DNA from: Candidatus Caldarchaeales archaeon
GTDB lineage: Archaea; Thermoproteota; Nitrososphaeria_A; Caldarchaeales; Calditenuaceae
NCBI GenBank assembly: GCA_039630085.1
Contig: JBCNVM010000012.1
Location: 1 to 27,596 of the forward strand
Reading direction: 5' to 3'
DNA: 27,596 nt
The notes under the pieces are model-generated. The model was given only the letters and a program-made list of their open reading frames with translations, was not told the origin of the DNA and ran no database searches. A program made the position numbers and the translations under genes. Shown piece after piece: positions 24,995 to 27,596 of the stretch (within the stretch, counting starts at the first letter, position 1; each line of letters begins with the position of its first letter).

Positions 24995-25139
24995 TCCCCG
25001 CCTCGGCAAGCGCCCTCTTGATCTTCCTTACCTCCTCCTTCAGCGCCGCGACCTCCCTAACCAGCAGCTCGACGTCCGAAGGCAGGACCGGCGAAGGGCC
25101 CCTCAACCTCCTGATCAGCGGGTCTTCGAAGCGCTCCAC
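24981..25139 (-). CDS. 52-aa small protein with C-terminal coiled coil, not in the ORF track
   Basis: MERFEDPLIRRLRGPSPVLPSDVELLVREVAALKEEVRKIKRALAEAGIRID*. It has a GTG start, typical codon usage, and TTTAAT about 25 nt upstream, and it fills the gap exactly. Confidence 0.72.
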   Translation of the reverse strand: MERFEDPLIRRLRGPSPVLPSDVELLVREVAALKEEVRKIKRALAEAGIRID

Positions 25140-25162
25140 GCCCTAACCCGTTCGGACCCGAA

Positions 25163-26414
25163 TTAAACCGTGCTCCTCAGCCACCTCCTCACGACCTTCT
25201 CGACGCCGGTGCTGTACTGCGCGGCCCGCTTCTCGGCCCTCCGGACCTCCTCTGGCACCGAGGCGAGCCTCGCGGCCTCCCTCAGCAAGACCTTCCTCTC
25301 CGTGCCCCTCACCTTCAGCTCCGGCGGCGCGGCCGTCGCGAGTCCCACCACCTTGGGGTCGAGGTAAGGAGCGGTGAGCGTGACGCCACCGAGGGCCGCG
25401 GAGACGTAGTCCCTGACGATCCCCCGCGCCCAGAGCTCCCTCAGGTCCGACCTCATCGCGCCCTCCAGAGCCCGGTACCCGCCCTCCGCGAGGGCCACGA
25501 CGTACTTCGCGTAACCCCCGAAGAGCTCGTCCGCTCCCTGCCCGACGACGAGCTGGGTCCTGCCCAGCGACCTCGCGAGGGAAGCGCAGAGGTGACCGAT
25601 CGCGCCGAGCGAGACGTCCATCGGGCTCTCCAGGCCCATCACCCGCCTGACGTAGGCCGCGGCAGCGACGACCTCCTCCTCCGAGAGCTCGTGGGCGACG
25701 TGGTCGACGCCGAGCCGCGCCGCGACCCTCCTCGCCCTCTCGAGGTCCTCCGAGCCCCTGACGCCGACCGTCACCGCGACCGCGCCCCTCTTCCGCTCCG
25801 AGATCAGCTTCAGGAGGAGGCCGCTGTCAAGCCCTCCCGAGAGCCCGACCGCGCACCGGTCGCCGACGTTCCGAGCGACCGAGTCCTCGACGGCCTCGAG
25901 CAGCCCCTCGGCCGTCGCGCTCCCCGACTCACCTGCTCCAAGGGAGCCCTTGGTCACCGAGATCACGCCCTCCGTCCCTAGCGTCAGCACCGAGCGGGGA
26001 GGCGATCTGAACGCCGAAGGGCGCGCCGAAGGCCCGAGCCCACATCGCCAGCCCCACGACCTCGCCCGCGGCGACGAAGGAGGGTATTGTGGAGAGGTGG
26101 TCGGTAACGACCGTAACCCCCTCGCCCGTAACGCTGACCCTCAACCACGAGCTGGGGTCCTCGACGCCTTCCGCAGAGTAACTCGCGGATACTTCGGCCT
26201 CAACGCCGGAGCCCGTCGCCCTGACCGGCTCGCCCCTCGAGTAGAGCGCGACCAGGGCCCACCTCGATTCGACCTCGGGGAACCACTGGACCGGTATTCT
26301 CTGGCCGTCCGCATAGACCTCGACCCTGCTCCAGGAGCTCGCAGCGGAGAGGACCAGGTCGTGGTACCCCGCGTGGTAAACTTCCCTAGGAGAGACCGTC
26401 AGCTGAAGCAGCAC
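25163..26414 (-). pseudogene. Asparagine-synthase-like gene split by a frameshift near 26010-26030 (N part 25929-26414, synthase domain 25163-25990)
   Basis: The C part has LSGGLDS, GQGADELFGGYAKY, APYL, RKVLLR and KRAAQYSTG. The N part has a degenerate amidotransferase-like segment TDHLSTIPSF. The downstream frame reads FRSPPRSVLTL upstream of its annotated start. Two separate genes is an alternative reading. Confidence 0.62.
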
Positions 26415-26424
26415 AGCCCGGGCT

Positions 26425-27596
<1,172 letters not shown>

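Noticed and set aside
7967-26414. RiPP cluster made of the ATP-grasp/methyltransferase, SagB, asparagine-synthase-like (lasso-cyclase-like) genes and small peptides
   Set aside because: The genes are scattered over about 18 kb among housekeeping genes on different strands. There is no YcaO, RRE, leader peptidase or plausible precursor.

Overview
This is a gene-dense, GC-rich (about two-thirds G+C by eye) archaeal chromosomal segment. It encodes TBP, Alba, Topo VI B, the RFC small subunit, archaeal uS19 and A/V-type ATPase B. AGG arginine codons dominate, and TATA-like boxes often sit about 25 nt before start codons. The marker sequences suggest a thermophilic TACK lineage, possibly Caldarchaeales/'Aigarchaeota', but that is inferred from motif recall only. 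About 33 CDSs are supported, including two small ORFs absent from the supplied track. I found no tRNA, rRNA, CRISPR array or transposase. The most notable items are: a CBS-pair protein fused to a C4HC3 RING/PHD-like zinc finger; a coupled cobY-like/FbiB-C-like nitroreductase/cofD operon lacking cofC; a 44-aa histone-H1-tail-like K/A/P peptide; a 2-TM wHTH regulator with a CxxCH loop; a SAM-methyltransferase/D-Ala-D-Ala-ligase-like fusion; an Acs homolog with an enlarged acyl pocket; a frameshifted asparagine-synthase-like gene; and repeated separation of normally paired genes. All family calls come from motif recognition and no searches were run.
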